Assembly: GCA_964396785.1 (NCBI GenBank)
Contig: CAYNFU010000001.1
Span: forward strand, 943-64,942
From: an uncultured Gammaproteobacteria bacterium
GTDB taxonomy: Bacteria > Patescibacteriota > Microgenomatia > UBA8517
Length of the DNA: 64,000 bases
Direction of reading: 5' to 3'
The notes under the pieces are model-generated. The model was not told where the DNA came from and searched no databases. It saw only the letters and a list, made by a program, of their open reading frames with translations. Made by a program: the position numbers and the translations under genes. Position 1 is the stretch's first letter. Each line of letters starts with the position of its first letter. This document shows, piece after piece, positions 37,379 through 46,535 of the stretch.

Positions 37379-38136
37379 GGGACGCTTAGCTTTGCAACAA
37401 CTGAAATTCCTAACGGATATTTAAAATATTTGACCATTCGAACCTCGCTGGTAAATAAAAACTTGAGTAATTCATTTATAAGACTCACGTGGGCGACGTC
37501 GAAATTAACACTATTATCATAGTTGCTTAAACTCCTTAAGGGTTTAAGTCTGCTCAAAAGCCTCATTGAAATTATTGGTAGGGAAAAAAGGAAATTGAAA
37601 TAACTAATAAAATCTACTTTCAATCCTGCTTTTTTCGCCAACATTCTAAACCTTCTTCTTGTGTATCTTCTCTCGTGTCCTTGATTAGTATCGTGCCCAG
37701 ACCAAATAAAGGGAAGTGCCGGGCTTGTAATAATAATTTTCCCTTTCTTCCTCAAAACTCTTGCCGCCTCTTTAACAACCCCAGCATCATCTTCAATATG
37801 TTCAATCACATCAAGAATTAACACTACGTCAAAGAAACCATTCTTGAAAGGTAAATTTAAAGCGTTAGCCTTAAAAATATTTTTGTGTCCCCTTTTTTTT
37901 GAAAACTGAATCGCTTTTTGAGAAGTATCAATGCCATAAAGTTCGGCTTTTGGAAATGAAGTTTTAAGGAATGAAAGAGTCTCACCAGTGCCACAACCAA
38001 CATCTAAAATTCTCTTATATTCCAATCCGCCAAGTAGTCCTTTAATTAGTTCTCGCCTACCTTCCCACCACCAATGAATTTTTTCAATCTCGTTGAATTT
38101 CTCAAGAAGGAAGTCGTCCATGCTCTTTGTTCTCAT
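37375..38136 (-). CDS. Class I SAM-dependent methyltransferase
   Basis: 253 aa. ILDVGCGTGETLSFL, FDVVLILDVIEHIEDDAGVVKEAARVLRKKGKIIITSP. Confidence 0.85.
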   Translation of the reverse strand: MRTKSMDDFLLEKFNEIEKIHWWWEGRRELIKGLLGGLEYKRILDVGCGTGETLSFLKTSFPKAELYGIDTSQKAIQFSKKRGHKNIFKANALNLPFKNGFFDVVLILDVIEHIEDDAGVVKEAARVLRKKGKIIITSPALPFIWSGHDTNQGHERRYTRRRFRMLAKKAGLKVDFISYFNFLFSLPIISMRLLSRLKPLRSLSNYDNSVNFDVAHVSLINELLKFLFTSEVRMVKYFKYPLGISVVAKLSVP

Positions 38137-38181
38137 AAAAAAGATTATACCGATAGAGCTACCAAGTTAGAAGAGGAGCGG
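38137..38181 (-). promoter_or_regulatory. Candidate -10 promoter GGTATAAT (minus strand, 38144..38151), 7 nt upstream of the ATG of the methyltransferase gene at 37375..38136
   Basis: The minus-strand sequence reads CTCTATCGGTATAATCTTTTTT-ATGAGAACA. 45-bp gap. Confidence 0.4.
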
Positions 38182-39666
38182 TTAATAACCTAAAAATTGT
38201 CTTGATTTAAGTCTGATGCCTCCTTCTTGAGAACCTTCTAAACTTGAATAACTTGCGCTAATTTCTCCTTTCCAAAACACTTCAAAATAATTCTGGTCGG
38301 ATAAAACTACTTTAAGCAATGCCGTAGGGCTCCAGGGCAAATCTCTATCTTCTTGAGTATCGTAAAAAGCAACACTCTTAACACCCGATACTAATTCCTT
38401 GTTTTTCAATAAGTAGTCATGCACATTTTTGGCAGTATAACCTCCTCTGGTAATCCAATGTGTTTTCTTTGTGAGACCAATTGTCATAAAAGAAAGTATA
38501 AGCCAGATAATCATAAATAGGGATGCAACAAAATACTGTCTTTTAGCGGTAAGGAGATAGGAAATAATGATTACTATTCCTATTAGGGGTAAGGTCAGAT
38601 AAAAGGTGAACTTGTGAAGGGGAAGAAAAAGAACAGGAAGCAAAGTAACAAAAAACCAGGCTATACAAAAGATAAACAAATTTAATAAATTGCGCTTTGT
38701 AAACAAATTCTTGATGTTCCTAAAAACTTTGTAGAGAAGAATTATTACTGCTCCGGAGAATAAAATAAAAATCGGAATTATCTCCTTTGACCAGAATTTA
38801 AAGAGATTGGGATTAAACTTTAGACCAGGTCCTACAAAATCCACGAGCATCTCAGGCAAATTGAATGCCCAGAGGCCGTACCAACCAAAGGTATTAAAAA
38901 GTCTTCTGATTGAGAAGTCCCAAAGGTAACTGTCTCCCGTGGCAAAGCCGTAATAGCTTACGCGCATATAGAGATAGACTGCAAGAATTAAGAGAAAGGG
39001 TATGAGTGAGGTCAGGAGTTCACCAAGCTTCAATTTATTTTTCTTTTGTTTTTTCATTAACCAATAAATAGGGATAAATATCATGGGCAAAACAACGGCG
39101 GTTTCCTTTGAAAGTAAGCTCAAAATAAATGTCATAATACTAAAAACTAAATGCTTTTTATCAGACTTCTCTAGAAATTCAATAAAAAATAATACCGAAA
39201 GAATGAAAAACAACGTCATCCCTAACTCCTGAAACGTGGCTAAATAATAAAGATGGCCGAAGTGGGAAGCACTTGTTGCATACAAAAACGCAGCAATTAA
39301 TGGGATTTTATCCGTTGTCCGAGGTTCGAAGTTAGACAATAACATTTTGGTCAATCTGTAGGTAAGATAGGTAACTGCAAAAAATACAATAAAAGAAATT
39401 ATATGAAGGCCGAGTGGATAAAAGTTAAAAAGCTTCCAAGCCAGAAAATAAAAAACTTGAGTGGTTAAAGGCCGATACATTCCCAAACCGTCTGGTCCCT
39501 GGGTCAGATTAAAGAAGTTCAAAAATTCTTTGAGAGAGCCTGCTTGGGAAATTTTGAGTAAGAAAAAATCGTCATGGGTGTAAAAAGTAAACAGTGAAGG
39601 AAAATAAAGAACAAAGGAAATGAAAAGGATAATAAATAGGTATTTAGTCGACCGAAAAAATTTCAT
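38182..39666 (-). CDS. Polytopic membrane protein, unknown family (possible GT-C-like)
   Basis: 494 aa with about 12 TM helices. The first loop is FYTHDDFFLLKISQAGSLKEF. The short C-terminal soluble domain is GEISASYSSLEGSQEGGIRLKSRQ. Confidence 0.5.
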   Translation of the reverse strand: MKFFRSTKYLFIILFISFVLYFPSLFTFYTHDDFFLLKISQAGSLKEFLNFFNLTQGPDGLGMYRPLTTQVFYFLAWKLFNFYPLGLHIISFIVFFAVTYLTYRLTKMLLSNFEPRTTDKIPLIAAFLYATSASHFGHLYYLATFQELGMTLFFILSVLFFIEFLEKSDKKHLVFSIMTFILSLLSKETAVVLPMIFIPIYWLMKKQKKNKLKLGELLTSLIPFLLILAVYLYMRVSYYGFATGDSYLWDFSIRRLFNTFGWYGLWAFNLPEMLVDFVGPGLKFNPNLFKFWSKEIIPIFILFSGAVIILLYKVFRNIKNLFTKRNLLNLFIFCIAWFFVTLLPVLFLPLHKFTFYLTLPLIGIVIIISYLLTAKRQYFVASLFMIIWLILSFMTIGLTKKTHWITRGGYTAKNVHDYLLKNKELVSGVKSVAFYDTQEDRDLPWSPTALLKVVLSDQNYFEVFWKGEISASYSSLEGSQEGGIRLKSRQFLGY

Positions 39667-40451
39667 CGAATCCCTAAAATGTTTAGAGTAATTATGCGTC
39701 CTAAATTATGTAAATAATGGAGCATAAGAATAACTTGATTACTAGTATGTTTCTCTACAATCTTCTCGTCCTCAAATAATATCTTCTTAAATTCGGTCGT
39801 CGATATTGAACCTCTTGAAAGACGAAAACCAGATAAAACGTTATCCAGTATTTTTGGCATCTTAGCTTTCCCCAATCTTAACCACATTTCATACTCCGTG
39901 ACTCCAGTAGCTGTTCCTGTAAAAGGTCCATAATTTTTATAAGCACTTTTACTTAAAAAGACAGATGGTTGAAAAAGGTAGTTGACACAAAGTAGCCAGG
40001 AATAATTATTTAGCTTCAAAAGATAATTTTTGTAGGAATCTACCCAAGAAGCAATTTCGTTCCCATTCTCGTCTATCGTTTTTCCCCTTCCTGCAAGCCA
40101 CAAGGTATTTGGATGTTTTGCAAAATACTCTCCAACTTCTCTTAAGACGCCATCCTGATAAACGTCGTCGGCATTAAGATAGGTTAATATTTCTCCACTT
40201 ACCTCCTTAAGTCCTTTGTTTATTGCATCCTTCTGCCCTTCTCCTCTCTTTTCTAGCCAGCTGATAAGTTTAGGGTATTTTTGAGCGTATTTTTTTATAA
40301 CTTCCTGGGTTCCGTCATTCGAGCCTCCGTCCCGGATTATTACTTCCAGATTTGGATATTTCTGGTCAATAATTGACTGAAAGGTAGAACCAATAAAGTC
40401 TACTTTATTAAATGAAGGAATTACTATAGAAATTTTGGGTAAAGCTGCCAT
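39663..40451 (-). CDS. Glycosyltransferase family 2
   Basis: 262 aa. ISIVIPSFNKVDFIGSTFQSIIDQKYPNLEVIIRDGGSNDGT ... YLNADDVY (DxD). Confidence 0.8.
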   Translation of the reverse strand: MAALPKISIVIPSFNKVDFIGSTFQSIIDQKYPNLEVIIRDGGSNDGTQEVIKKYAQKYPKLISWLEKRGEGQKDAINKGLKEVSGEILTYLNADDVYQDGVLREVGEYFAKHPNTLWLAGRGKTIDENGNEIASWVDSYKNYLLKLNNYSWLLCVNYLFQPSVFLSKSAYKNYGPFTGTATGVTEYEMWLRLGKAKMPKILDNVLSGFRLSRGSISTTEFKKILFEDEKIVEKHTSNQVILMLHYLHNLGRIITLNILGIR

Positions 40452-40454
40452 TCA

Positions 40455-40796
40455 TTACTCGTTCTTCTTTTTTAATCCCTTAAGGGCTTCTTTTCTAATA
40501 AATCTTTCGAATTTCTTTTCTATTCTTCTAGTCCTTACATAGGCTAATGCTACCATGGTAATCACCAAAACTAGCCCTCCCATTATCATTAGATCAAGAA
40601 GTCTTGAGATAAAAAACGTTTGAGCAATGCCCCGCAGTGTATCAGGAAAAAGAACCGTATAAAGGGCACTTCCCCATGCTCCCATCCAAATGGTTATCTC
40701 AATTTTATTTAGTTCTTTTCTCCTGAAGTTCACATAAGCTAAGTAGACCATGACCATGGCAAAAATTATCGCAACAAATTGTAGGCCTAATATCAT
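40455..40796 (-). CDS. Small membrane protein (2-3 TM) sandwiched between GT2 genes. DUF2304/GtrA-like candidate.
   Basis: 113 aa. MILGLQFVAIIFAMVMVYLAYVNF ... LLDLMIMGGLVLVITMVALAYV. It ends in a basic tail (RRIEKKFERFIRKEALKGLKKKNE). Its position directly downstream of a GT2 gene is typical of small accessory membrane proteins that partner polyprenyl-P-sugar synthases. Confidence 0.45.
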   Translation of the reverse strand: MILGLQFVAIIFAMVMVYLAYVNFRRKELNKIEITIWMGAWGSALYTVLFPDTLRGIAQTFFISRLLDLMIMGGLVLVITMVALAYVRTRRIEKKFERFIRKEALKGLKKKNE

Positions 40797-41440
40797 CTTA
40801 ATTTAAACTGAATAATTTCAAATATAATTCCAAACCCCTGTTCAATGCTTAAACCCTTAAACTTATCATAGTATAGTGTAGCCACGGGCACCTCGCAATT
40901 TTTGAGATGGTGTTTGCCAGTTAAAGCTACGATTTCAGTTTCGACACTATAACCCGAAGAATACCATCTAATTTTCTCGAAAGACCTCCTGGTAAAAGCT
41001 TTAAACCCACAGAGAATATCTTGGGCATTAATCCCATAAAGAATACTTACAATAGTAGTTATCAATTTGTTACCCAAGAGTCTAACCAGGGGGATTTTCC
41101 CAAAATTCCTTACCCCAAAAACAACGTCGCATATTTTAAGGGCTTTAACAAACTTCGGAAGATCGCTAGCCTTGTGCTGTCCATCTGAGTCCATAAGAAT
41201 AACTGCTTCCGCCCCAAGCTTAAATGCAGCCAGGCAACCCGTTTTTAATGCAGCCCCCTTACCAAGGTTAATAGAATGCCTTAGAACGTAGGGAGTATAT
41301 CTTTTAGCAATTTGCGAGGTTTTATCCTTCGACCCATCGTCTATTACAATAAACGGAAATTTCTGATCTTTAACATCTGATAACACTTTCCCAATTCTTT
41401 TCTCTTCATTAAATGCCGGAATTACAATAAATATTTTCAT
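40793..41440 (-). CDS. Glycosyltransferase family 2 (DPM1/GtrB-like soluble domain)
   Basis: 215 aa. MKIFIVIPAFNEEKRIGKVLSDV...FIVIDDGSKDKT ... VILMDSDGQH (DxD-Q motif typical of DPM1-like GT2). Confidence 0.8.
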   Translation of the reverse strand: MKIFIVIPAFNEEKRIGKVLSDVKDQKFPFIVIDDGSKDKTSQIAKRYTPYVLRHSINLGKGAALKTGCLAAFKLGAEAVILMDSDGQHKASDLPKFVKALKICDVVFGVRNFGKIPLVRLLGNKLITTIVSILYGINAQDILCGFKAFTRRSFEKIRWYSSGYSVETEIVALTGKHHLKNCEVPVATLYYDKFKGLSIEQGFGIIFEIIQFKLR

Positions 41441-42195
41441 TTCTTTAATCTAAAAAATAAGCCTACTGTGTCAATAAACATTTTTATAGAAGCACTAAAA
41501 ATCTTAGAAGAAGTGTCAAGGGTTGAAGACTTCTCCGCCTTAACCATTTTGACAAATATCGGGGCTTCATGAATTTTCTTATAACCCAAAATATTCGCCT
41601 GCATCAGTACCTCTATATCGAAAGCGAATCCGTTTATATGAAGACGGGGAAGTATTTTTTTAACTACACTTCCTTTGAAGATTTTTACTCCAGCTTGGGT
41701 ATCTGTCACCTTTGGCCTAAAAAGAATCTTAACCAGGAAATAATAAATAACTGAAATAATTTGCCTAAGGGTAGGATATTCAACTTTTGAGTTTGGGTGT
41801 CTTTTTGAACCAACAACAATATCAGCGTTTTCCTTTTTTTGAACCTCAAGAAGCTTAACTATACTTTCTGGATCTATCTCAAGTCCCGCGTCAATAAAAC
41901 CTACCAATTTCCCCCGAGCTTTCATCATTCCATATCTCACCGCATATCCCTTGCCCCTATTATTTTTATAACTCAAAACTTTGATTTTTCGATTTTTCTC
42001 AGTAAGTTCTTTTACCAAACTAAAAGTATCGTCAACTTTTCCGTCAACTACACAAATTATTTCGTAGCTATTCGTAAGCCTTCCCAGTACTAAATCAACT
42101 TCCTTAACACTTTTTACAATAAAGCTCTCGGCTTTATATGCAGGAATAATGATAGACAAGTGGGGCTTATGTAATAATCCCTTTCCCATGCCCAA
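41437..42195 (-). CDS. Glycosyltransferase family 2 (DPM1-like)
   Basis: 252 aa. LSIIIPAYKAESFIVKSVKEV...YEIICVVDGKVDDT ... GFIDAGLE. Confidence 0.8.
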   Translation of the reverse strand: MGMGKGLLHKPHLSIIIPAYKAESFIVKSVKEVDLVLGRLTNSYEIICVVDGKVDDTFSLVKELTEKNRKIKVLSYKNNRGKGYAVRYGMMKARGKLVGFIDAGLEIDPESIVKLLEVQKKENADIVVGSKRHPNSKVEYPTLRQIISVIYYFLVKILFRPKVTDTQAGVKIFKGSVVKKILPRLHINGFAFDIEVLMQANILGYKKIHEAPIFVKMVKAEKSSTLDTSSKIFSASIKMFIDTVGLFFRLKK

Positions 42196-42205
42196 AGTAT
42201 ATCAC

Positions 42206-43354
42206 TTAGGAAACCCAATAGCCTCGGCTGAAGAGAGCACAAGCGAGAGCAAGAAGGACTCCCGAAATGCAATATACTGCTATTTTTAACCCCCTCGGCT
42301 TTTTATTGAGCCAAATCGCCGAAAGTAAAAAAGCCGGAAAAAGAATAAGAACATAACGAGGAAAAGATGAAAAGCTTCCTGAAAGAGGGGGGATTAAATA
42401 TCCTACAGCAAAAAACAAAGAGTAACTAAGTCTTAATTTAAAAAACGACCATATTCCAAGAATCCCAAATATAATTCCAGAAGCAATCTCTAGATATGTG
42501 GTGAACACTATCGGAAAATAATTGTAATTAAGGTTTGGCAAAACCTTGAAAAAATATCTATAAAAAACTTGGGGTAAAAGAATTATCTCGCTTGAGCGCT
42601 GCTCGCCAAAAATTGAAACGTTGTGAAAAAATTCCAAAGGGTCTCCAACTGTTACATATAAATAGTACATATAAAGGATTAGTCCCATTGGAACAAGTGC
42701 TAATGATATGAGTGGTACTACCCAACTGCCCTTCCTATGCTTAAGAAACTTCCAAACTTCATAGCCAATAGCCGGAATTAAAGCAAGAGCTGTAATTCTT
42801 GTTGCTGTTGCAAAAGCTCCAAGAACTCCTGCAAAAATCCAACTGCCTTTTCTTGCAAAGAAAAAAGACCAAATAATCAGCGCAAATACCAACCCCTCAG
42901 TATAGAAGGCACCGAAATAAAATGACGTCGGAAAAAAGATTAGTAAAAGTATAGTCATTTTTGCAATATTCTCTTTATAATCCAGACGAATTAATTTCCA
43001 CAAGCCAAAAAGACCAATTAAAAACGCTAGGTTCGATACCAATAATCCCGATATAGCTATTGTTATGAATTCGCTACTTACCAAAAATGCAATCAGTCTG
43101 GTGAGAATTGGGAGGAGGGGAAAAAAGAAATAAGTCAGAGGCTGATAGCCTAGATGTGCAATTGCCGCATAGTGTTCTCCATCAAAGTTCAAAAAACTCC
43201 AAAAATAAGGATTTTGTAAATAGTTTGTTAGTCCCCCACCGAGGAAATCTTTTTGGAGAGGAAAAAGGGCAATCCCCAAAAATACAATCAAAAAAAGTGC
43301 TATCCTCCATAAGATAAAGGAGGTAAGAATGAATTTACTTCCCTCAAGTCTCAT
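42206..43354 (-). CDS. Polytopic membrane protein, putative GT-C mannosyltransferase of the PIG-V/GT76-like type
   Basis: 382 aa with about 10 TM helices. The first loop is WSFLNFDGEHYAAIAHLGYQP, which resembles the W-x-x-F-D-x-x-H-[FY]-x-x-I-A-x-x-G-Y motif of Mannosyl_trans2 (PIG-V) proteins. It lies immediately downstream of two DPM1-like GT2 genes. Confidence 0.5.
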   Translation of the reverse strand: MRLEGSKFILTSFILWRIALFLIVFLGIALFPLQKDFLGGGLTNYLQNPYFWSFLNFDGEHYAAIAHLGYQPLTYFFFPLLPILTRLIAFLVSSEFITIAISGLLVSNLAFLIGLFGLWKLIRLDYKENIAKMTILLLIFFPTSFYFGAFYTEGLVFALIIWSFFFARKGSWIFAGVLGAFATATRITALALIPAIGYEVWKFLKHRKGSWVVPLISLALVPMGLILYMYYLYVTVGDPLEFFHNVSIFGEQRSSEIILLPQVFYRYFFKVLPNLNYNYFPIVFTTYLEIASGIIFGILGIWSFFKLRLSYSLFFAVGYLIPPLSGSFSSFPRYVLILFPAFLLSAIWLNKKPRGLKIAVYCISGVLLALACALFSRGYWVS

Positions 43355-44397
43355 TTGGTTAAAACTTTTTTGTATACTTCGAGTGTCTCTTTGGCTGTTT
43401 TATCCCAAGAATAATTTTTAACTAATGCCTTGCCTCTTTCTACCAATTGGTCCTTGAGCTCTCTATCATTCGACACTTGAGAAATTTTTTCTGCAATATC
43501 TTTTGGGTCTTTGGGGTCAGCAAAGTAAGCCGCTGGTTCTCCTATCTCAACCAAAGCCTGGGTTCTGCTCGCAACCACAGGGCATTCGGAAGCATATGCC
43601 TCAAGTACCGGGAGTCCAAATCCTTCATAAAAAGATGGCTGGCAATAGAGGCTTGCCAAATTGTAAATGGCAGCCAAATCATCATCCGGCACAAAACCCA
43701 CCCTCATAATATCTTTATCCTCCCCGTACTTTTGTAGAAGATTAGCTAATGGTTTATTTTCGGGGTGATTCCTATCGAAATCTTCTTTTGCCGCCTGCTT
43801 ACCGGCAATCACAAGCGGAATTTTTGCAATTTTGCACGCTTGGGCTAGTCCCAACAAATTTTTATTGTAATTAACGTCACCCACGTAAAGCACGAATTTT
43901 TGGGGGAGTTTATATTTCACTACGATACTACTTAATATCGTAGTATTTGTCATCTTCTTGAAAATTTCTCGTGGGGCTAAGTAGACCACATGAATTTTTT
44001 CTTGGGGAATACCCAAGAATCTGACTATATCTTTCTTTGAAGTTTCTGAAACGGTAATTATGGCATCCATCTTCTTAACCAGCTCCCTTTGAATTAAAAA
44101 TCTTAATTTACCCTTGATTCCCGCTGGATAGTGTTTAGGATAAATAAGATAAATCAGGTCGTGGATGGTAAGAATAGATGGAATGGATTTTGTGAAGGGA
44201 ACGCTAAAAAAATAGGGGTGAAATTTTTGATAATGGACGATATCGTACTTTGTTAAATCGTTCCTGGCCGCATCTACCAAATCCAAATCAACATCTTTTA
44301 ATTTTTTAAGATGTTTAACCAACTGCTCTGTGTAGAAACCTATTCCCCTCCCCACATCGCCTTTTGACATGGGTCCGGCGTCAATTGCTATCTTCAT
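43351..44397 (-). CDS. Glycosyltransferase, GT4 / group 1 family. The start is reassigned to the internal ATG (MKIAIDAG) so that it overlaps the upstream stop by 4 bp.
   Basis: The ORF track gives 43351..44517, but the first 40 codons overlap the upstream gene. MKIAIDAGPMSKGDVGRGIGFYTEQL is a typical GT4 N-terminus. C-terminal CQPSFYEGFGLPVLEAYASECPVVAS carries the EX7E motif. Confidence 0.75.
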   Translation of the reverse strand: MKIAIDAGPMSKGDVGRGIGFYTEQLVKHLKKLKDVDLDLVDAARNDLTKYDIVHYQKFHPYFFSVPFTKSIPSILTIHDLIYLIYPKHYPAGIKGKLRFLIQRELVKKMDAIITVSETSKKDIVRFLGIPQEKIHVVYLAPREIFKKMTNTTILSSIVVKYKLPQKFVLYVGDVNYNKNLLGLAQACKIAKIPLVIAGKQAAKEDFDRNHPENKPLANLLQKYGEDKDIMRVGFVPDDDLAAIYNLASLYCQPSFYEGFGLPVLEAYASECPVVASRTQALVEIGEPAAYFADPKDPKDIAEKISQVSNDRELKDQLVERGKALVKNYSWDKTAKETLEVYKKVLTK

Positions 44398-45251
44398 TTT
44401 CTTAAATATCTTAGGTATGCTCGCGGAAATCTTAATGCCGAAAAAAATGAAAATATTATTCCCTGAAACCCATCCAAAATTCCTTTGTGTCGGAAAAGAG
44501 TAAGGAAAAACCACCAAATTGGTTTAACCAAAACATAATTTAAAAATTGCCAGACACTTTTCCCTAAATTCTCATTTTTCATATCGTCCGCTATTAAATC
44601 TATATAGTAACTATTTCTTTGTAAGTATCGGGAGAAAGTAGGATCCGCCATGTGTATAAGGTCGTTTTGAAGCCAGCCTACCTTTCCGTCAACTTTGATA
44701 AGTTCATGAACACTTTTTTGAGGAAAATGGGCTTTCTCCTTTTTAACTAATCTTATTACTCCGTCCGGATAAACCCCTCCGTAGCGCAAGTATTTGCCCA
44801 GAAAGTAATTTAGCCTGGGAATAAAAAATCCTGCGAACTCCCCTTCCTTAATAAATGCTCCGTCTCTTTTCTCAATTAACCTCTTGTGTCTCGCAAAAAG
44901 TCTCTGGTTTTTTAAAGTTTTTTGATATTCATCTATTTTATTATCCGGCATCTCAATTACTCTTCGGATTTCTTCGGCAAGCTTTGGTGTAACCCTCTCA
45001 TCCGCATCAAGCTGGAGTATCCATTCACCATTAGCTTCCTCAAGCGCCTTTTGTTTAGATATATGAAAAATTGGCGAGTGTTTGACCCTAATAATTTTCG
45101 CCCCAAAAGACCTCACAATTTCTATAGTATTATCTTTCGACTCCTCGTCCACCACAACAATCTCGTCGGCTGTCCCTTTGATCGAGGAAAGGCACTCCCC
45201 AATGTTTTTCTCTTCGTTTCTCACTGCCAAGACTACGGATAATTTCGTCAT
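44394..45251 (-). CDS. Glycosyltransferase family 2
   Basis: 285 aa. LSVVLAVRNEEKNIGECLSSIKGTADEIVVVDEESKDNT ... LQLDADE (DxD). Confidence 0.75.
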   Translation of the reverse strand: MTKLSVVLAVRNEEKNIGECLSSIKGTADEIVVVDEESKDNTIEIVRSFGAKIIRVKHSPIFHISKQKALEEANGEWILQLDADERVTPKLAEEIRRVIEMPDNKIDEYQKTLKNQRLFARHKRLIEKRDGAFIKEGEFAGFFIPRLNYFLGKYLRYGGVYPDGVIRLVKKEKAHFPQKSVHELIKVDGKVGWLQNDLIHMADPTFSRYLQRNSYYIDLIADDMKNENLGKSVWQFLNYVLVKPIWWFFLTLFRHKGILDGFQGIIFSFFSALRFPRAYLRYLRK

Positions 45252-45252
45252 G

Positions 45253-46530
45253 TTATCTCGATTGTATCACCATATTTGCTACTTTTTCTCCAAGCTCAAC
45301 TGCATAATTGGTCCCTCTATCCCAAGGATAAACCTGCTGGATATTTGCAAGATATAGTCCCTCAATAGGAGTTATCATTCCTGGCATGAATTTTGAGTAA
45401 TTTAAAGGAATTACCGGTTGGGCGAAGGGGGCCATAAACTTATTGGCTTCTATTACCCAATTTTGCCTAAACTCCGGGTTTATCTTCTGCAAATAGGGTA
45501 AAAATAATTCAAGAAGTTCTCCCGGCTCTTTGGAGTAGAAAGGATGGTCGTGGGGAAGGTAGTTTCCAACATAGATAATGTGATCACCTCCGTAATACCT
45601 CTTATCCATAAAATTGGTGTGCTCCACAACCGCCAAAAAAGGAAACTTTTCTTCACCTACATTTAGCCAATATGTGCCGTTTTTAAGAAACTCTCTCTTT
45701 AGAATAAGCATCAGGTTAACCGCCCCAATTGCTTTAAAAGAAAGAAGTTTCTGAAGATAATCATCAGGAAAGCCCTGCACGATTTTTGCAAAAGGGGCGT
45801 AGGGAAGCGTACAGATAACTTTGTCAAATTCGAATCTTCCTTTATCGGTCAAAATTTCCAGTTTAGAATCCACCTTGGTTATTTTTTCAACCCTGGTATT
45901 GTATAAGATCCTTCCTTTATTCTGCCTGATTAATGCGTCAAGCCGCATCGCAAATTTTAAAAATCCTCCCTCGGGGTATCCAAGATTTGAGCTTCTTTTT
46001 TTAATTCTTGCCCAAAACCACGAGGCTGGTATCTGGTCTGCAAAATGACTGAATTTTTTTTCAAAAAGTGGCCTCCATAGCGTATCCCAGGCTTTCTTGC
46101 CATTATATTTTGTCAGAAACTCCTTCGCGGTTACTTTTTCAAGAGGTTTCCAAAAAGGGGTAAGCTTTAAATAAGCCAAAATTGCCCCCGTGCGAATTCT
46201 ATCGGGAAGTGACAGCTTATCAAATAGCATAAGGCTTTGAGGGGAGTCTATCTGGTAGATTGAGCCGTCAATGAAGGTCGAAGTTTTAGTCGGCAAATAA
46301 ATATATTTCTGTCCCGTCTCTTTAGCCAAATTTCGAATTGCGAAGTCCGAATAAAACCAATGATGATAATGCTTCTCCAAGCTCCATTTCCAACCCTTCT
46401 TAGTAAAGCCCACTGCAAGTCCGCCGGGATATCCTTCCCCTTCAAAGATAGTTACGTCAAGTCCTTGCTTAGTTAGTCTATAGGCTGCGGCCAACCCAGT
46501 GAATCCCGCACCGATTATTCCAATATTCAT
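45253..46530 (-). CDS. FAD/NAD(P)-binding oxidoreductase (amine-oxidase / protoporphyrinogen-oxidase-like fold)
   Basis: 425 aa. N-terminal MNIGIIGAGFTGLAAAYRLTKQGLDVTIFEGEGYPGGLA is the GxGxxG dinucleotide-binding fold followed by the GG motif of flavin amine oxidases. The substrate is unknown. Confidence 0.7.
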   Translation of the reverse strand: MNIGIIGAGFTGLAAAYRLTKQGLDVTIFEGEGYPGGLAVGFTKKGWKWSLEKHYHHWFYSDFAIRNLAKETGQKYIYLPTKTSTFIDGSIYQIDSPQSLMLFDKLSLPDRIRTGAILAYLKLTPFWKPLEKVTAKEFLTKYNGKKAWDTLWRPLFEKKFSHFADQIPASWFWARIKKRSSNLGYPEGGFLKFAMRLDALIRQNKGRILYNTRVEKITKVDSKLEILTDKGRFEFDKVICTLPYAPFAKIVQGFPDDYLQKLLSFKAIGAVNLMLILKREFLKNGTYWLNVGEEKFPFLAVVEHTNFMDKRYYGGDHIIYVGNYLPHDHPFYSKEPGELLELFLPYLQKINPEFRQNWVIEANKFMAPFAQPVIPLNYSKFMPGMITPIEGLYLANIQQVYPWDRGTNYAVELGEKVANMVIQSR

Positions 46531-46535
46531 TTTTT

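Noticed and set aside
43351-44517. ORF-track start at 44517 for the GT4 gene (N-terminal extension MVVFPYSFPTQRNF...)
   Set aside because: The first 40 codons overlap the upstream GT2 gene in another frame and have no GT4 homology. The internal ATG (MKIAIDAG) gives a canonical GT4 N-terminus and a 4-bp ATGA overlap, so the start was moved to 44397.
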